DNA from: an uncultured Chlorobiaceae bacterium
GTDB lineage: Bacteria > Bacteroidota > Chlorobiia > Chlorobiales > Chlorobiaceae
Assembly: GCA_903824045.1 (NCBI GenBank)
Contig: CAIJVD010000019.1
Span: 1,758 to 65,757 of the forward strand
Direction: 5' to 3'
DNA length: 64,000 nucleotides
Within the stretch, counting starts at the first letter, position 1. Every line of letters starts with the position of its first letter. Below, in pieces: positions 1 to 9,626 of the stretch. The notes below the pieces were generated by a model, which worked only from the letters and a program-made list of their open reading frames with translations, was not told the origin of the DNA and made no database searches. The position numbers and the translations under genes are program-made.

Positions 1-576
1 AAATTTCAAAATGCCGACCTCCTCGTCCTCAAGCTCAATGGCGAGGTTCAGCGAAAGATTGGACATAAAGGGAAAGGGGTGGCCGGTATCAAATGCGAGC
101 GGGGTCAGCACCGGAAAGATCTCCCTCCGGAAAAATGACCGCAGCGTCTCTTTTCGGGGTTCGGAGAGCTCCGAAAAACGGACAAACCCGATTCCCTCGC
201 GCTGCATGGCAGGAAGGAGGTCGTTATAGAAGCATTTGTTCCTTTCCCTGAGCTGTTGAAGTACCATTTCACGTATCTTCTCAAGCTGCTCCAGGGGAGT
301 GAACCCGTCGATAGTCCGGTCCTGAATGCCCGCTTCGAACTGATCTTCGATACCGGCAACACGGATCATGAAATACTCATCGAGGTTTGAGCTGAAGATT
401 GAGATGAACTTTACCCGCTCAAGAAGAGGATGAAGGCCTGGGTGGAGCGCCTCTTCAAGCACCCTCTGATTGAAATAGATCCAGCTCAGCTCCCTGTTGA
501 CGTAGTACCCCGTATCGGAAAAATCCTGAGAAAGGGGTTTCGTTTCGATGGCTTCGACTGCATGTTGCATACGCAT
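1..576 (-). CDS. ppk1: Polyphosphate kinase 1, N-terminal part (runs off window start)
   Basis: Manual translation from ATG 576/570: ...[19 protein letters not shown]...[24 protein letters not shown]...[26 protein letters not shown], classic PPK1 motifs; open to position 1, absent from the ORF track. Confidence 0.95.
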   Translation of the reverse strand, partial: MRMQHAVEAIETKPLSQDFSDTGYYVNRELSWIYFNQRVLEEALHPGLHPLLERVKFISIFSSNLDEYFMIRVAGIEDQFEAGIQDRTIDGFTPLEQLEKIREMVLQQLRERNKCFYNDLLPAMQREGIGFVRFSELSEPRKETLRSFFRREIFPVLTPLAFDTGHPFPFMSNLSLNLAIELEDEEVGILKF

Positions 577-679
577 TCAGGTGGCTTTGTTGTTCGTCCT
601 TGTTTTCCGTCCACACAATATGAAAGGAATCGGTGAGGCAGTGTCTGAACAGGAGTGTTTCGTGTAATCAGTATGATCT

Positions 680-1225
680 TCAAGGTAGAAAGACGGCGCA
701 TGAAATGACGGTTGTCCAGAGCCCGTTTTCGCCCTCGGCAGCCTGGGTTATGTTGTATGAATTGATGATTTTGTGGCTCATCTTGTAGATCCCTTCGCGC
801 TCGTCCCAGTCCTTGTTGGGGTCGAACTCGATGCCGAGGGTTGTTGCCAGCATTGTCGCAGCAAGGTCTTCTGCATATTCGCCTGATTGTTCGGCGGCCT
901 CACCGTTCGGTTGATGTTCTGAGAGATAGCCGTATTGGGCTTCGTCAGCCGGAATGGCTACGCCAACCGATGCGGCGATAAGGCGATTGTATTCATTGGT
1001 TGAGTTTCGAGCCATCACCGCGAAGGTGATCTGGCCCGCAGAGAGCAGTTTCATGCCCTCTTCAAGGCTGATGCGCTCACAGTGGGGCGGAAATATGCTT
1101 GATACGGTGACGAGGTTGCATTTCTCGATTTTTGCCTCCCTCAGTGCAAGCTCAAAGGAGGAGAGATACTCCCTGTGCCGTCCTACTCCTTTAGTGAAGA
1201 ATACTTTGGTAGGTACAAATGACAA
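680..1225 (-). CDS. pdaD: Pyruvoyl-dependent arginine decarboxylase
   Basis: [25 protein letters not shown] with the Ser-Ser self-cleavage site; 181 aa. Confidence 0.9.
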   Translation of the reverse strand: MSFVPTKVFFTKGVGRHREYLSSFELALREAKIEKCNLVTVSSIFPPHCERISLEEGMKLLSAGQITFAVMARNSTNEYNRLIAASVGVAIPADEAQYGYLSEHQPNGEAAEQSGEYAEDLAATMLATTLGIEFDPNKDWDEREGIYKMSHKIINSYNITQAAEGENGLWTTVISCAVFLP

Positions 1226-1427
1226 TGCCGTTCCTCCTGTTAGCGTTTTTATTCAAACGGTCTGCTATCGAATGCAAAGCATTTCCGGCGTCCGTTGTTC
1301 TGCTGGATAACGATCGGTACGTAAACCGATGCCGGGATAAAAGTAGAAAAAACAGGAGGAACGATCTGTTACGGGTATGTTAAATCTTTGGCGGGTCGTC
1401 CATCAGGAGATGGTCTCTGTTTTAATA

Positions 1428-1453
1428 TTTCAATAGTTGTTGTATAATTGAAA
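1428..1453 (+). promoter_or_regulatory. Probable ArsR operator overlapping the -10 box
   Basis: Inverted repeat TTTCAAT-N12-ATTGAAA overlapping TATAAT (1443-1448), directly before the arsR ATG at 1455. Confidence 0.6.
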
Positions 1454-1454
1454 C

Positions 1455-1811
1455 ATGAATAAAGTCACAGCAGTCACCATTTTTGAGTCGCTCGCGTCCG
1501 GAGTTCGCCTTGAGGTCTATCGGCTTCTTGTCAGGAACGGGGCGGAAGGGGTGGTAGCAGGGGAGATCGCCTCAACGCTCGGGGTTCCACCGACGAACCT
1601 CTCATTCCACCTCAAGGCGCTCACGCATACCGGACTGGTTTCGGTTGAGCAGGAGGGTCGGTTTCAGCGCTACCGGGCCAACCTCTCGATGATGAGTGAG
1701 CTGATCGCCTATCTCACCGATGAGTGCTGTGGCGGCAACCCGGAGCTTTGTGGCGTGAGTGTAAAGTCGGTCTCTGCGGAGTGCGCGTGCTCATCTTCTG
1801 ATGACAAGTGA
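1455..1811 (+). CDS. arsR: ArsR/SmtB family repressor with C-terminal Cys cluster
   Basis: HTH LSFHLKALTHTGLV; C-terminal ECCGG...LC...CAC; heads the ars operon. Confidence 0.9.
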   Translation: MNKVTAVTIFESLASGVRLEVYRLLVRNGAEGVVAGEIASTLGVPPTNLSFHLKALTHTGLVSVEQEGRFQRYRANLSMMSELIAYLTDECCGGNPELCGVSVKSVSAECACSSSDDK

Positions 1812-1865
1812 AGAGCAGTTCTGATACAACCAGATCCAATTATCTACAATCAGTAAAGCAGCACC

Positions 1866-2345
1866 ATGAACATTCTTTTTCTCTGTACGGGTAACTCCTG
1901 CCGATCGATTCTCGGCGAAGCGACATTCAACCATCTCGCTCCAGGAGGATGGAGAGCCATGAGCGCCGGCAGCAATCCGACCGGCCAGGTCCATCCCCGT
2001 TCTCTCGCCCTGCTTCGGCGAGAGGGAATTTCGACCGAAGGCTATTACAGTAAATCATGGGACACTCTGCCGGTTACGCCCGATATCGTTATCACGGTAT
2101 GTTCAAACGCCGCCGGCGAAACCTGCCCGGCCTTCCTTGGGCCTGTCCTGCGGACGCACTGGGGAGTGGATGACCCGGCCCACGCCACCGGCAGCGATAA
2201 AGAGATTGATGCGGCATTTATGAGGGCATACAGCACTCTTCGAACGCGCATCGAAAACTTTCTGGCGCTTCCGCTTGAAAGCATCACAAAGGACCCTCTG
2301 CGCCTGAAACTTGAGCTCGACCGCATAGGTTCGCTTCTGCCATAA
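1866..2345 (+). CDS. arsC: Arsenate reductase (LMW-PTP fold)
   Basis: CTGNSCRS P-loop; VITVC...ETCP and HWGVDDPA motifs. Confidence 0.92.
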   Translation: MNILFLCTGNSCRSILGEATFNHLAPGGWRAMSAGSNPTGQVHPRSLALLRREGISTEGYYSKSWDTLPVTPDIVITVCSNAAGETCPAFLGPVLRTHWGVDDPAHATGSDKEIDAAFMRAYSTLRTRIENFLALPLESITKDPLRLKLELDRIGSLLP

Positions 2346-2375
2346 CACGCGTCCTCAATTATTAAAGAAATTACC

Positions 2376-2735
2376 ATGAAAACTATCCAGATATTTGAAC
2401 CCGCACTCTGTTGCAGCACTGGCGTTTGTGGTGTCGACGTTGACCCTGTCCTTGTAACCTTCTCGGCCGATCTGAACTGGGCAAAGCAACATGGGGCCCA
2501 TATAGAGCGGTTCAACCTCGGTCAGCAGCCGGTAGCCTTTGCCGAGAACGCTATGGTCAAGAGCTTTCTGGAGCTTTCCGGAGCGGAGGGACTGCCGCTC
2601 ACCATTGTCGGCGGAGATATAGCATTGACCGGCTCTTACCCGTCGCGCAGGGATCTGGCACGATGGGCCGGTTTGCCAGAAACAGGAGAGTCGAAACCCA
2701 AGAGCTGCGGTTGCTCCGGCAGCTCCTGCTGCTAA
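2376..2735 (+). CDS. arsD: Arsenite metallochaperone
   Basis: EPALCCSTGVCG N-terminal motif; C-terminal Cys pairs. Confidence 0.93.
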   Translation: MKTIQIFEPALCCSTGVCGVDVDPVLVTFSADLNWAKQHGAHIERFNLGQQPVAFAENAMVKSFLELSGAEGLPLTIVGGDIALTGSYPSRRDLARWAGLPETGESKPKSCGCSGSSCC

Positions 2736-2747
2736 GCGAGGAACTTC

Positions 2748-4532
2748 ATGATGCAGTTCCTTCTTCATCCACCCCGATTTCTCTTTTTTACCGGGAAGGG
2801 CGGTGTGGGCAAGACTTCGATTGCCTGCTCCTCCGCCCTTCAGCTTGCCGGTGAGGGGCGGCGCGTGCTCCTGGTCAGCACAGATCCGGCCTCCAACGTG
2901 GGGCAGGTTTTTGGCGTGAAGATAGGCAATCAAGTTACCCCCCTCACCCATGCCTCACCCAACATGTTCGCATTGGAAATAGATCCTCAGGCGGCAGCTC
3001 AGGCCTATCGGGAGCGAATGGTCGCCCCGGTCCGCGGAGTGCTGCCTGAAGCAGTCGTAAAAAGCATTGAGGAGCAGCTCTCCGGCGCCTGCACAACCGA
3101 GATTGCTGCCTTTGACGAGTTTACGGCACTTCTGGTGGAGTCCGAACGGACAGCCAGCTACGACCACATTATTTTCGATACCGCCCCAACCGGTCATACC
3201 ATTCGGCTTCTGCAGCTTCCCGGTGCATGGAGCGGCTTTCTGGATACCTCCAAAGGGGGGGGCTCCTGCCTTGGTACGCTCTCCGGACTTGAAAAACAGC
3301 GAACGCAGTACAAGAGTGCCGTCAATGCGCTTGCTGACCCGCTGCGCACTCGTCTGGTTCTGGTCGCCCGTGCACAGCAAGCCACGCTTCGCGAGGTAGC
3401 CCGAACCCATGAGGAGCTCGCTTCGGTCGGTCTCCTGAAACAGCACCTTGTTATCAATGGAGTGCTTCCTGCCGGTGAGGTTGACCAGGACGAACTCGCA
3501 ACAGCGATCTATCGTCGCGAGCAGGCGGCCCTCTCGGCCATGCCTGAAGTCCTGAAAGGGTTACCGCAGGATCAGGTTGAGCTCAAGCCATTTAACCTGG
3601 TAGGGCTCAACGCCCTCTGTCAACTGCTTGAGCTGAAGAGTGCAACAACACCGGAACCGCAAATTGCACTGCCTGAAGCCTTAGTGGCGCCTGACCTCTC
3701 CTCTCTGGTCGATGAATTTGCCGGGGATGGTCACGGTCTTATCATGCTCATGGGAAAGGGCGGGGTTGGAAAGACCACGCTGGCGGCATCGATTGCCGTC
3801 GAACTCGCTGATCGGGGGTTGCAGGTTCATCTAAGTACCTCCGACCCGGCCGCACACCTTGCTGATACGCTTGAAGGTTCAAGAGAGAACCTGACAGTCA
3901 GCAGGATCGACCCCGAGGCGGAAACCGAGCGCTATCGGCGTCTCATTCTCGAAACCCAGGGCGTTCATCTCGATGCTGAGGGTCTTGCCCTGCTTGAGGA
4001 GGATCTGCGCTCTCCCTGCACCGAAGAGATCGCGGTCTTTCAGGCATTTTCGCGCATCATTCGGGAGGCAAGCGACCGGTTTGTCATCATGGATACGGCG
4101 CCAACCGGCCACACCCTGCTCCTGCTCGATGCAACAGGGGCCTATCACCGCGAAGTGACCCGTCAGGCTCGCAACAAGGATATGGCGCCGCTCACGCCGC
4201 TCATGCAGCTGCAGGATCAGGGAGAGACAAAAGTTATCATCGTTACCCTGGCCGAACCAACGCCGGTTCTGGAGGCCGCCGGACTACAGGCGGATTTAAG
4301 AAGGGCTGGCATCGAACCCTGGGCCTGGGTGATCAACAACAGCGTCGCGGCCGCAATGCCACACTCGCCACTGCTACGTCAAAGAGCCCAAAACGAGCTC
4401 CGCGAGATCGAGGCGGTTGCAACCCTTCATGCAAAACGCTTTGCCATCGTCCCCCTCCTGAAACAGGAGCCGGTCGGAAAGGATCAGCTGCTGGCGTTAT
4501 CCAAACCATTATCAATCAAGTCACAAGCGTAA
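2748..4532 (+). CDS. arsA: Arsenite-activated ATPase with two nucleotide-binding domains
   Basis: Two GKGGVGKT Walker A and two DTAPTGHT motifs; metalloid-binding Cys in SGACTTE, SCLG and RSPCTEE. Confidence 0.95.
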   Translation: MMQFLLHPPRFLFFTGKGGVGKTSIACSSALQLAGEGRRVLLVSTDPASNVGQVFGVKIGNQVTPLTHASPNMFALEIDPQAAAQAYRERMVAPVRGVLPEAVVKSIEEQLSGACTTEIAAFDEFTALLVESERTASYDHIIFDTAPTGHTIRLLQLPGAWSGFLDTSKGGGSCLGTLSGLEKQRTQYKSAVNALADPLRTRLVLVARAQQATLREVARTHEELASVGLLKQHLVINGVLPAGEVDQDELATAIYRREQAALSAMPEVLKGLPQDQVELKPFNLVGLNALCQLLELKSATTPEPQIALPEALVAPDLSSLVDEFAGDGHGLIMLMGKGGVGKTTLAASIAVELADRGLQVHLSTSDPAAHLADTLEGSRENLTVSRIDPEAETERYRRLILETQGVHLDAEGLALLEEDLRSPCTEEIAVFQAFSRIIREASDRFVIMDTAPTGHTLLLLDATGAYHREVTRQARNKDMAPLTPLMQLQDQGETKVIIVTLAEPTPVLEAAGLQADLRRAGIEPWAWVINNSVAAAMPHSPLLRQRAQNELREIEAVATLHAKRFAIVPLLKQEPVGKDQLLALSKPLSIKSQA

Positions 4533-4555
4533 CCAAAAACCCGAACCCTCAGATT

Positions 4556-5632
4556 ATGGCAACCCATTCTAAAGTCACCGCACATACAACCGCCGGCGAG
4601 TCGATGAGCATATTCGAGCGATACCTTACTGTATGGGTATTCCTCTGTATCATTTCCGGCATCGCCCTCGGCCAGTTCCTTCCCTCCCTCTTTCAGGCGA
4701 TCGGCCAGATGGAGGTCGCCAAGGTCAATCTTCCCGTTGGACTGCTCATCTGGGTGATGATCATTCCGATGCTGGTGAAGGTTGATTTCGGGGCGTTGCA
4801 TGAGGTTCGCCAGCACGTGCGAGGCATTGGCGTCACGCTTTTTGTCAACTGGCTGGTCAAACCCTTTACGATGGCACTCCTCGGATGGATCTTCATCCGC
4901 AATCTCTTCGCCCCGATGCTGCCCGCCGACCAGCTCGACAGCTATATCGCCGGTCTGATCCTCCTTGCGGCAGCTCCGTGTACGGCAATGGTCTTCGTCT
5001 GGAGCCGGCTGACGGGTGGCGATCCGCTCTTCACCCTCTCGCAGGTCGCTCTGAACGACACCATCATGGTGGTTGCCTTTGCCCCGCTGGTAGGTCTGCT
5101 GCTGGGCATATCAGCCATCACGGTACCGTGGGCCACGCTTATTGCCTCGGTAGTGCTCTATATCATCATTCCCGTCATTCTTGCCCAGCTCTGGCGCAAA
5201 GCCCTTCTGGCAAATGGAGTGGAGGCATTCGACGCTGCAATGGCCAAAATCGGACCATGGTCGATCACCGCCCTTCTGGCGACGCTTGTACTGCTCTTCG
5301 CCTTTCAGGGTCAGGCCATCCTGAAGCAGCCGCTCATCATTGCGCTGCTCGCAGTGCCGATTCTGATTCAGGTATTTTTCAACTCTGCACTGGCCTACTG
5401 GCTCAACCGTATCGTCGGCGAAAAACATAACATCGCCTGTCCTTCGGCTCTCATCGGCGCATCGAATTTCTTTGAGCTCGCCGTAGCAGCCGCAATCAGC
5501 CTCTTTGGCTTCAACTCAGGAGCAGCACTTGCGACCGTGGTCGGAGTGCTCATAGAGGTGCCGGTGATGCTGCTGGTAGTTCGAATTGTCAACGACTCGA
5601 AGGGGTGGTACGAAAAAGGCAGTGCTGCATAG
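4556..5632 (+). CDS. acr3: Acr3-family arsenite efflux permease
   Basis: FERYLTVWV, AAPCTAMVFVWS, GASNFFELAVA and GVLIEVPVML motifs; start may be at MSIFERY. Confidence 0.93.
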   Translation: MATHSKVTAHTTAGESMSIFERYLTVWVFLCIISGIALGQFLPSLFQAIGQMEVAKVNLPVGLLIWVMIIPMLVKVDFGALHEVRQHVRGIGVTLFVNWLVKPFTMALLGWIFIRNLFAPMLPADQLDSYIAGLILLAAAPCTAMVFVWSRLTGGDPLFTLSQVALNDTIMVVAFAPLVGLLLGISAITVPWATLIASVVLYIIIPVILAQLWRKALLANGVEAFDAAMAKIGPWSITALLATLVLLFAFQGQAILKQPLIIALLAVPILIQVFFNSALAYWLNRIVGEKHNIACPSALIGASNFFELAVAAAISLFGFNSGAALATVVGVLIEVPVMLLVVRIVNDSKGWYEKGSAA

Positions 5633-5670
5633 CCTGGCACTGCAGGGTCGGGGATGATATGCGGTGAATG

Positions 5671-5711
5671 AAAAAAGGCCGCCTCATGTTGAACGGCGAG
5701 GCGGCCTTTTT
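5671..5711. terminator. Bidirectional intrinsic terminator between acr3 and ilvB
   Basis: AAAAAAGGCCGCCTC...GAGGCGGCCTTTTT. Confidence 0.85.
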
Positions 5712-5742
5712 CTGTTTGGTGCGGTTGCTCCGGCGCTCTGTT

Positions 5743-7464
5743 TCAGACCATGGTTTTCGGGCTGAGCCTTGCCAGGAGCATCTCTGAAATCGAGCCTCCT
5801 GCGGGAACCATCGGGAAGACCATGTCTTTTCTTGAAACCCTGCACTCCACCAGAACAGGCCCTTCATTCCATGCGAGTGCACTCTTGATCGCATCTTTGG
5901 CGGCAGCTGGGGTTTCGGCGAGGAACGCCTTGCATCCGAAGGCTTCGGCAACCTTGACAAAGTCGGGATTGCTGTCGCCGAGGTCGGTGAAGGAGTATTT
6001 CTCCTTGTGGAAGAGCTCCTGCCACTGGCGGACCATGCCGAGGTAACTGTTGTTGATCAGGAAGATCTTGATGGGGAGCTTGTTGTAGACCGCCGTGACC
6101 AGCTCCTGAATGTTCATCATGAACCCGCCGTCACCGCAGAATAGAACTATCGGGCGATCGGTAATGCCGAAGGCTGCGCCGATGGCGGCAGGCAGGCCGT
6201 ATCCCATGGTTCCGAGGCCGCCGCTGGTGATCAGCGAGCGCGGGTTGTTGAAGGTGTAGTACTGTGAGGTCCACATCTGGTGCTGGCCGACATCAGTTGT
6301 CACCACAGCGTTGCCCCCTGTCTGTTTCGAGACCTCTTCAATGACAAACTCGGTTCTGAGCGTATCACCCTCTGTGCTGTAGCTCAGGGGGCAGCGCTCT
6401 CTCCAGGTCTGGATTTCGGAAAGCCACTCACTCCTGTCCATCGGTTCGGCGGGGAGTTTTTCGAGAACCGAGGCAAGGAAGTCTTTGGCATCGCCGACGA
6501 CCGGCAGGTCGACCTTGATGTTCTTGTCGACGTTGGTCGGGTCGATGTCGTTGTGGATCTTGTATGCCTGTGTGGCGAAGGTGTCGATCTTTCCGGTAAC
6601 CCGGTCATCGAATCGTGCTCCGACGGCAATCAGAAGGTCGCAGTTGCTGACCGCCTGGTTTGCCCAGTAGGTTCCGTGCATGCCGAGCATCCCCATGCTG
6701 AGGGGGTGATTGCCAGGGAATGCGCCGAGCCCCTGCAGGGTCATGGTGACCGGTATGTTGTGCCGGATGGCAAGCGCTTTGAGCTCTTCGGCGGCATTGG
6801 CACAGATAACCCCGCCTCCGATGTAGAGTAGCGGCCGCTTGGACTTTGCGATTTTCTGCGCCACTTTCTCAATCTGGTTGCTGTGGCATTTGAGGGTTGG
6901 CTTGAAGCCGCGAATTTCGACGATTTCCGGCCACTGGAAGGGGCATGATGCGGCCAGAATGTCTTTCGGCATGTCGATAAGGACAGGACCCGGCCGACCG
7001 GTGGTTGCCAGGTAGAATGCCTTGCGGATGGTTATGGCAAGCTCCCGGACATCCTTGACGAGGAAGTTGTGTTTGGTTATCGGACGGGTGATGCCGACGA
7101 TGTCCGCCTCCTGAAAGGCATCGTTGCCGATCAGCGAGCTGGGAACCTGTCCGGTGAAGACAACCATCGGAGAGGAGTCCATGTAGGCGTTGGCAATGCC
7201 TGTGACGGTGTTTGTTGCGCCGGGGCCGGAGGTGACCAGGACGACGCCCGGTTTTCCCGTGGCACGCGCATAGCCTTCGGCCATGTGGGTTGCGCCCTGT
7301 TCATGGCGGACGAGGATATGCTTGATATCTTTGACATCGTGGAGCGTTTCGTAGACCTTCAGGAGTGAGCCGCCAGGATAGCCGAAAATATATTCAACGT
7401 TTTCACGTCGCAGACATTCGAAAAAAATCTCTGAGCCAGTAAGCGTTGGGCCTGATGAATGCAT
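5743..7464 (-). CDS. ilvB: Acetolactate synthase large subunit
   Basis: FGYPGG, RHEQGA, TSGPGATN, DVGQHQMW, GLGTMGYGLPAAIGA and GDGGF motifs; start set at MHSSGPTL. Confidence 0.95.
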   Translation of the reverse strand: MHSSGPTLTGSEIFFECLRRENVEYIFGYPGGSLLKVYETLHDVKDIKHILVRHEQGATHMAEGYARATGKPGVVLVTSGPGATNTVTGIANAYMDSSPMVVFTGQVPSSLIGNDAFQEADIVGITRPITKHNFLVKDVRELAITIRKAFYLATTGRPGPVLIDMPKDILAASCPFQWPEIVEIRGFKPTLKCHSNQIEKVAQKIAKSKRPLLYIGGGVICANAAEELKALAIRHNIPVTMTLQGLGAFPGNHPLSMGMLGMHGTYWANQAVSNCDLLIAVGARFDDRVTGKIDTFATQAYKIHNDIDPTNVDKNIKVDLPVVGDAKDFLASVLEKLPAEPMDRSEWLSEIQTWRERCPLSYSTEGDTLRTEFVIEEVSKQTGGNAVVTTDVGQHQMWTSQYYTFNNPRSLITSGGLGTMGYGLPAAIGAAFGITDRPIVLFCGDGGFMMNIQELVTAVYNKLPIKIFLINNSYLGMVRQWQELFHKEKYSFTDLGDSNPDFVKVAEAFGCKAFLAETPAAAKDAIKSALAWNEGPVLVECRVSRKDMVFPMVPAGGSISEMLLARLSPKTMV

Positions 7465-7474
7465 GGCTTTATTG

Positions 7475-9172
7475 TTATTTGGGTTCACAGAATGTCGGGG
7501 TTTTGAGTATGGCACCGGTATTGGCTGAAGTCACCATCGTGGCATAGCGCGCCAGGTACCCTTTCTTTATCTTTGGCTCGAACGGCTTGAGTGCCTCGAT
7601 GCGTCTCTTTATGGTCTCTTCGGAGAGATCCACCGAGATAGTTCTCTGGGGAATATCGATAGTGATCATGTCTCCGTTCTCCAGAGCGGCGATCGGGCCT
7701 TTTTCTGCGGCTTCCGGTGAAACGTGTCCGATGCAGGCACCTCGCGACCCGCCCGAAAAGCGGCCGTCGGTGATGAGCGCCACCGATTCGCCAAGTCCCC
7801 GGCCCATAATAACGCTGGTCGGAGAGAGCATTTCCGGCATTCCCGGGCCGCCTTTTGGTCCCTCATAGCGAATGACCACAACGTCACCCGCCTTGACCTC
7901 TCCCTCCATGATGCCCTTGATGGCGTCATCCTGGCAGTCATAGACCCTTGCCGGTCCGGTATGTTTCAGCATTCCTTTGGCAACTGCTCCGGTTTTGACG
8001 ACCGAACCCTGCGGGGCGAGATTGCCATAGAGCACGGCAAGGCCCCCCGTTGCGGAGTAGGGCTCTTCAATAGAGCGAATCACGGTTTTGTCCTTGACTT
8101 CCGCTCCGGCGATGTTCTCGCCAAGCGTCTTTCCCGTCACCGTCATGGCTGAAAGGTCGAGCAGGCCGTCGATTCGGCTGAGCTCGCCGAGGATTGCCGA
8201 AACACCCCCCGCCCGGTCAACATCCTCGATATGGACCGCCATGGTGGCCGGGCTGACCTTGCAGATGTAGGGCGTCCTGGCCGAAAGGGCGTTGAGTTCG
8301 GAAAAATCGAAATCGAGTTCGGCTTCGTTGGCGATGGCGAGGGTGTGCAGGATGGTGTTGGTGCTCCCTCCCATGGCAAAGTCGAGGGCGAAGGCGTTCA
8401 ACAGGGCCTTGCGCGTCAGAATGTCACGCGGCCGGATATTGTTGTTGACCAAATCGATGATCCGGCGGGAAGCCTCTCTGACAAGTTCATTGCGTCTCGG
8501 GTCGACGGCCAGTATGGTGCCGTTGCCCGGCAGCGCGAAGCCGAGCGCCTCCGAGAGGCAGTTCATGGAGTTTGCGGTGAACATGCCCGAGCAGGAGCCG
8601 CAACCGGGACAGGCGTTCTCCTCTATCGACGCAAGTTCGCCCTCGCTGATCTTTCCGGTGCTGAACTCTCCAACAGCTTCGAAGACAGAGATGAGGTCAA
8701 CGGTGTTGCCCGAAGGGGTCTTGCCGGCTTTCATGGGGCCGCCGGAGACAAAGATGACGGGAATGTTGATGCGCAGTGCGGCCATCATCATGCCGGGAGT
8801 GATCTTGTCGCAGTTCGGAATGCAGACCAGTCCGTCGAGGCGGTGCGCCTCAGCGACGGTTTCGACACTGTCGGCAATCAGCTCACGGCTGGCAAGGGAG
8901 TATCGCATGCCGATATGACCCATGGCGATGCCGTCGCAGACACCGATGGTATTGAATTCGAACGGTACGCCGCCTGCCTCGCGCACCTCCTCCTTTGCGA
9001 TACGGCCAAGCTCCTGCAGATGGGCGTGGCCCGGGATAAGCTCGTTGAAGGAGTTGCAGATTCCGATGAATGGCTTTTTGTAGTCACTGCTTGACCTGAT
9101 GGCGCCCGTGGCTTTCAGAAGGCTGCGGTGCGGCGCTTTTTCAAATCCTGATTTTATGGTATCCGATCTCAT
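7475..9172 (-). CDS. ilvD: Dihydroxy-acid dehydratase
   Basis: [40 protein letters not shown] and TDGRFSG motifs; start set at MRSDTIK. Confidence 0.96.
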   Translation of the reverse strand: MRSDTIKSGFEKAPHRSLLKATGAIRSSSDYKKPFIGICNSFNELIPGHAHLQELGRIAKEEVREAGGVPFEFNTIGVCDGIAMGHIGMRYSLASRELIADSVETVAEAHRLDGLVCIPNCDKITPGMMMAALRINIPVIFVSGGPMKAGKTPSGNTVDLISVFEAVGEFSTGKISEGELASIEENACPGCGSCSGMFTANSMNCLSEALGFALPGNGTILAVDPRRNELVREASRRIIDLVNNNIRPRDILTRKALLNAFALDFAMGGSTNTILHTLAIANEAELDFDFSELNALSARTPYICKVSPATMAVHIEDVDRAGGVSAILGELSRIDGLLDLSAMTVTGKTLGENIAGAEVKDKTVIRSIEEPYSATGGLAVLYGNLAPQGSVVKTGAVAKGMLKHTGPARVYDCQDDAIKGIMEGEVKAGDVVVIRYEGPKGGPGMPEMLSPTSVIMGRGLGESVALITDGRFSGGSRGACIGHVSPEAAEKGPIAALENGDMITIDIPQRTISVDLSEETIKRRIEALKPFEPKIKKGYLARYATMVTSANTGAILKTPTFCEPK

Positions 9173-9194
9173 TCTGGTAGAGAGGTTTTTCGGC

Positions 9195-9235
9195 AATTAA
9201 AGGAAACTCCCCGGGATCACCGTTCCCGAAGCCAC
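9195..9235 (-). terminator. Putative attenuator hairpin before ilvD
   Basis: CUUCGGGA-ACGGUGA-UCCCGGGG followed by AGUUUCCUUUAAUU; the stem has G-U pairs and the U tract is imperfect. Confidence 0.45.
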
Positions 9236-9288
9236 TGTGTTTAATCTTGTCTGAAAAGTGAAAGATGGACTTGGGACCGGCGCAGGGT

Positions 9289-9351
9289 TCAGAGCACAGA
9301 GAGGCTCACCTGCGGCTTCACCACAGGGGAGACGACCACGATCCCTAACAT
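9289..9351 (-). CDS. Putative ilv leader peptide MLGIVVVSPVVKPQVSLSVL (possible upstream start at 9429)
   Basis: 11 of 20 codons are Val/Leu/Ile; lies 116 nt upstream of ilvD and is followed by alternative hairpins. Confidence 0.65.
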   Translation of the reverse strand: MLGIVVVSPVVKPQVSLSVL

Positions 9352-9626
9352 GAGTGGGCTTGAAGCATGCGCTGCCGGTTTTCCAGAAACGCTGGTAAAA
9401 CGGAAATGGTGTGGATTGCAAGCAGGCATTGACGCAAACAGGTTTCTTCGACGGAAAACGAAAATTTGTCACAAATTACATTTAATGTTCTACTAAAGCA
9501 AGTAGTAAAAAAGTTCACAAGTGAGGATATTTACTCTTTATTGTATAGAGTAATAATCATATTTTTAGTGACACGCAGCTCGACGCTGGCAGCGCGCTTT
9601 TTTCCGGAATAAAAACAATCAGAATC

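Noticed and set aside
105-362. Separate minus-strand ORF, or a frameshift in ppk1
   Set aside because: Re-reading shows ppk1 is open in one frame from 576 to 1; this ORF is an alternative frame
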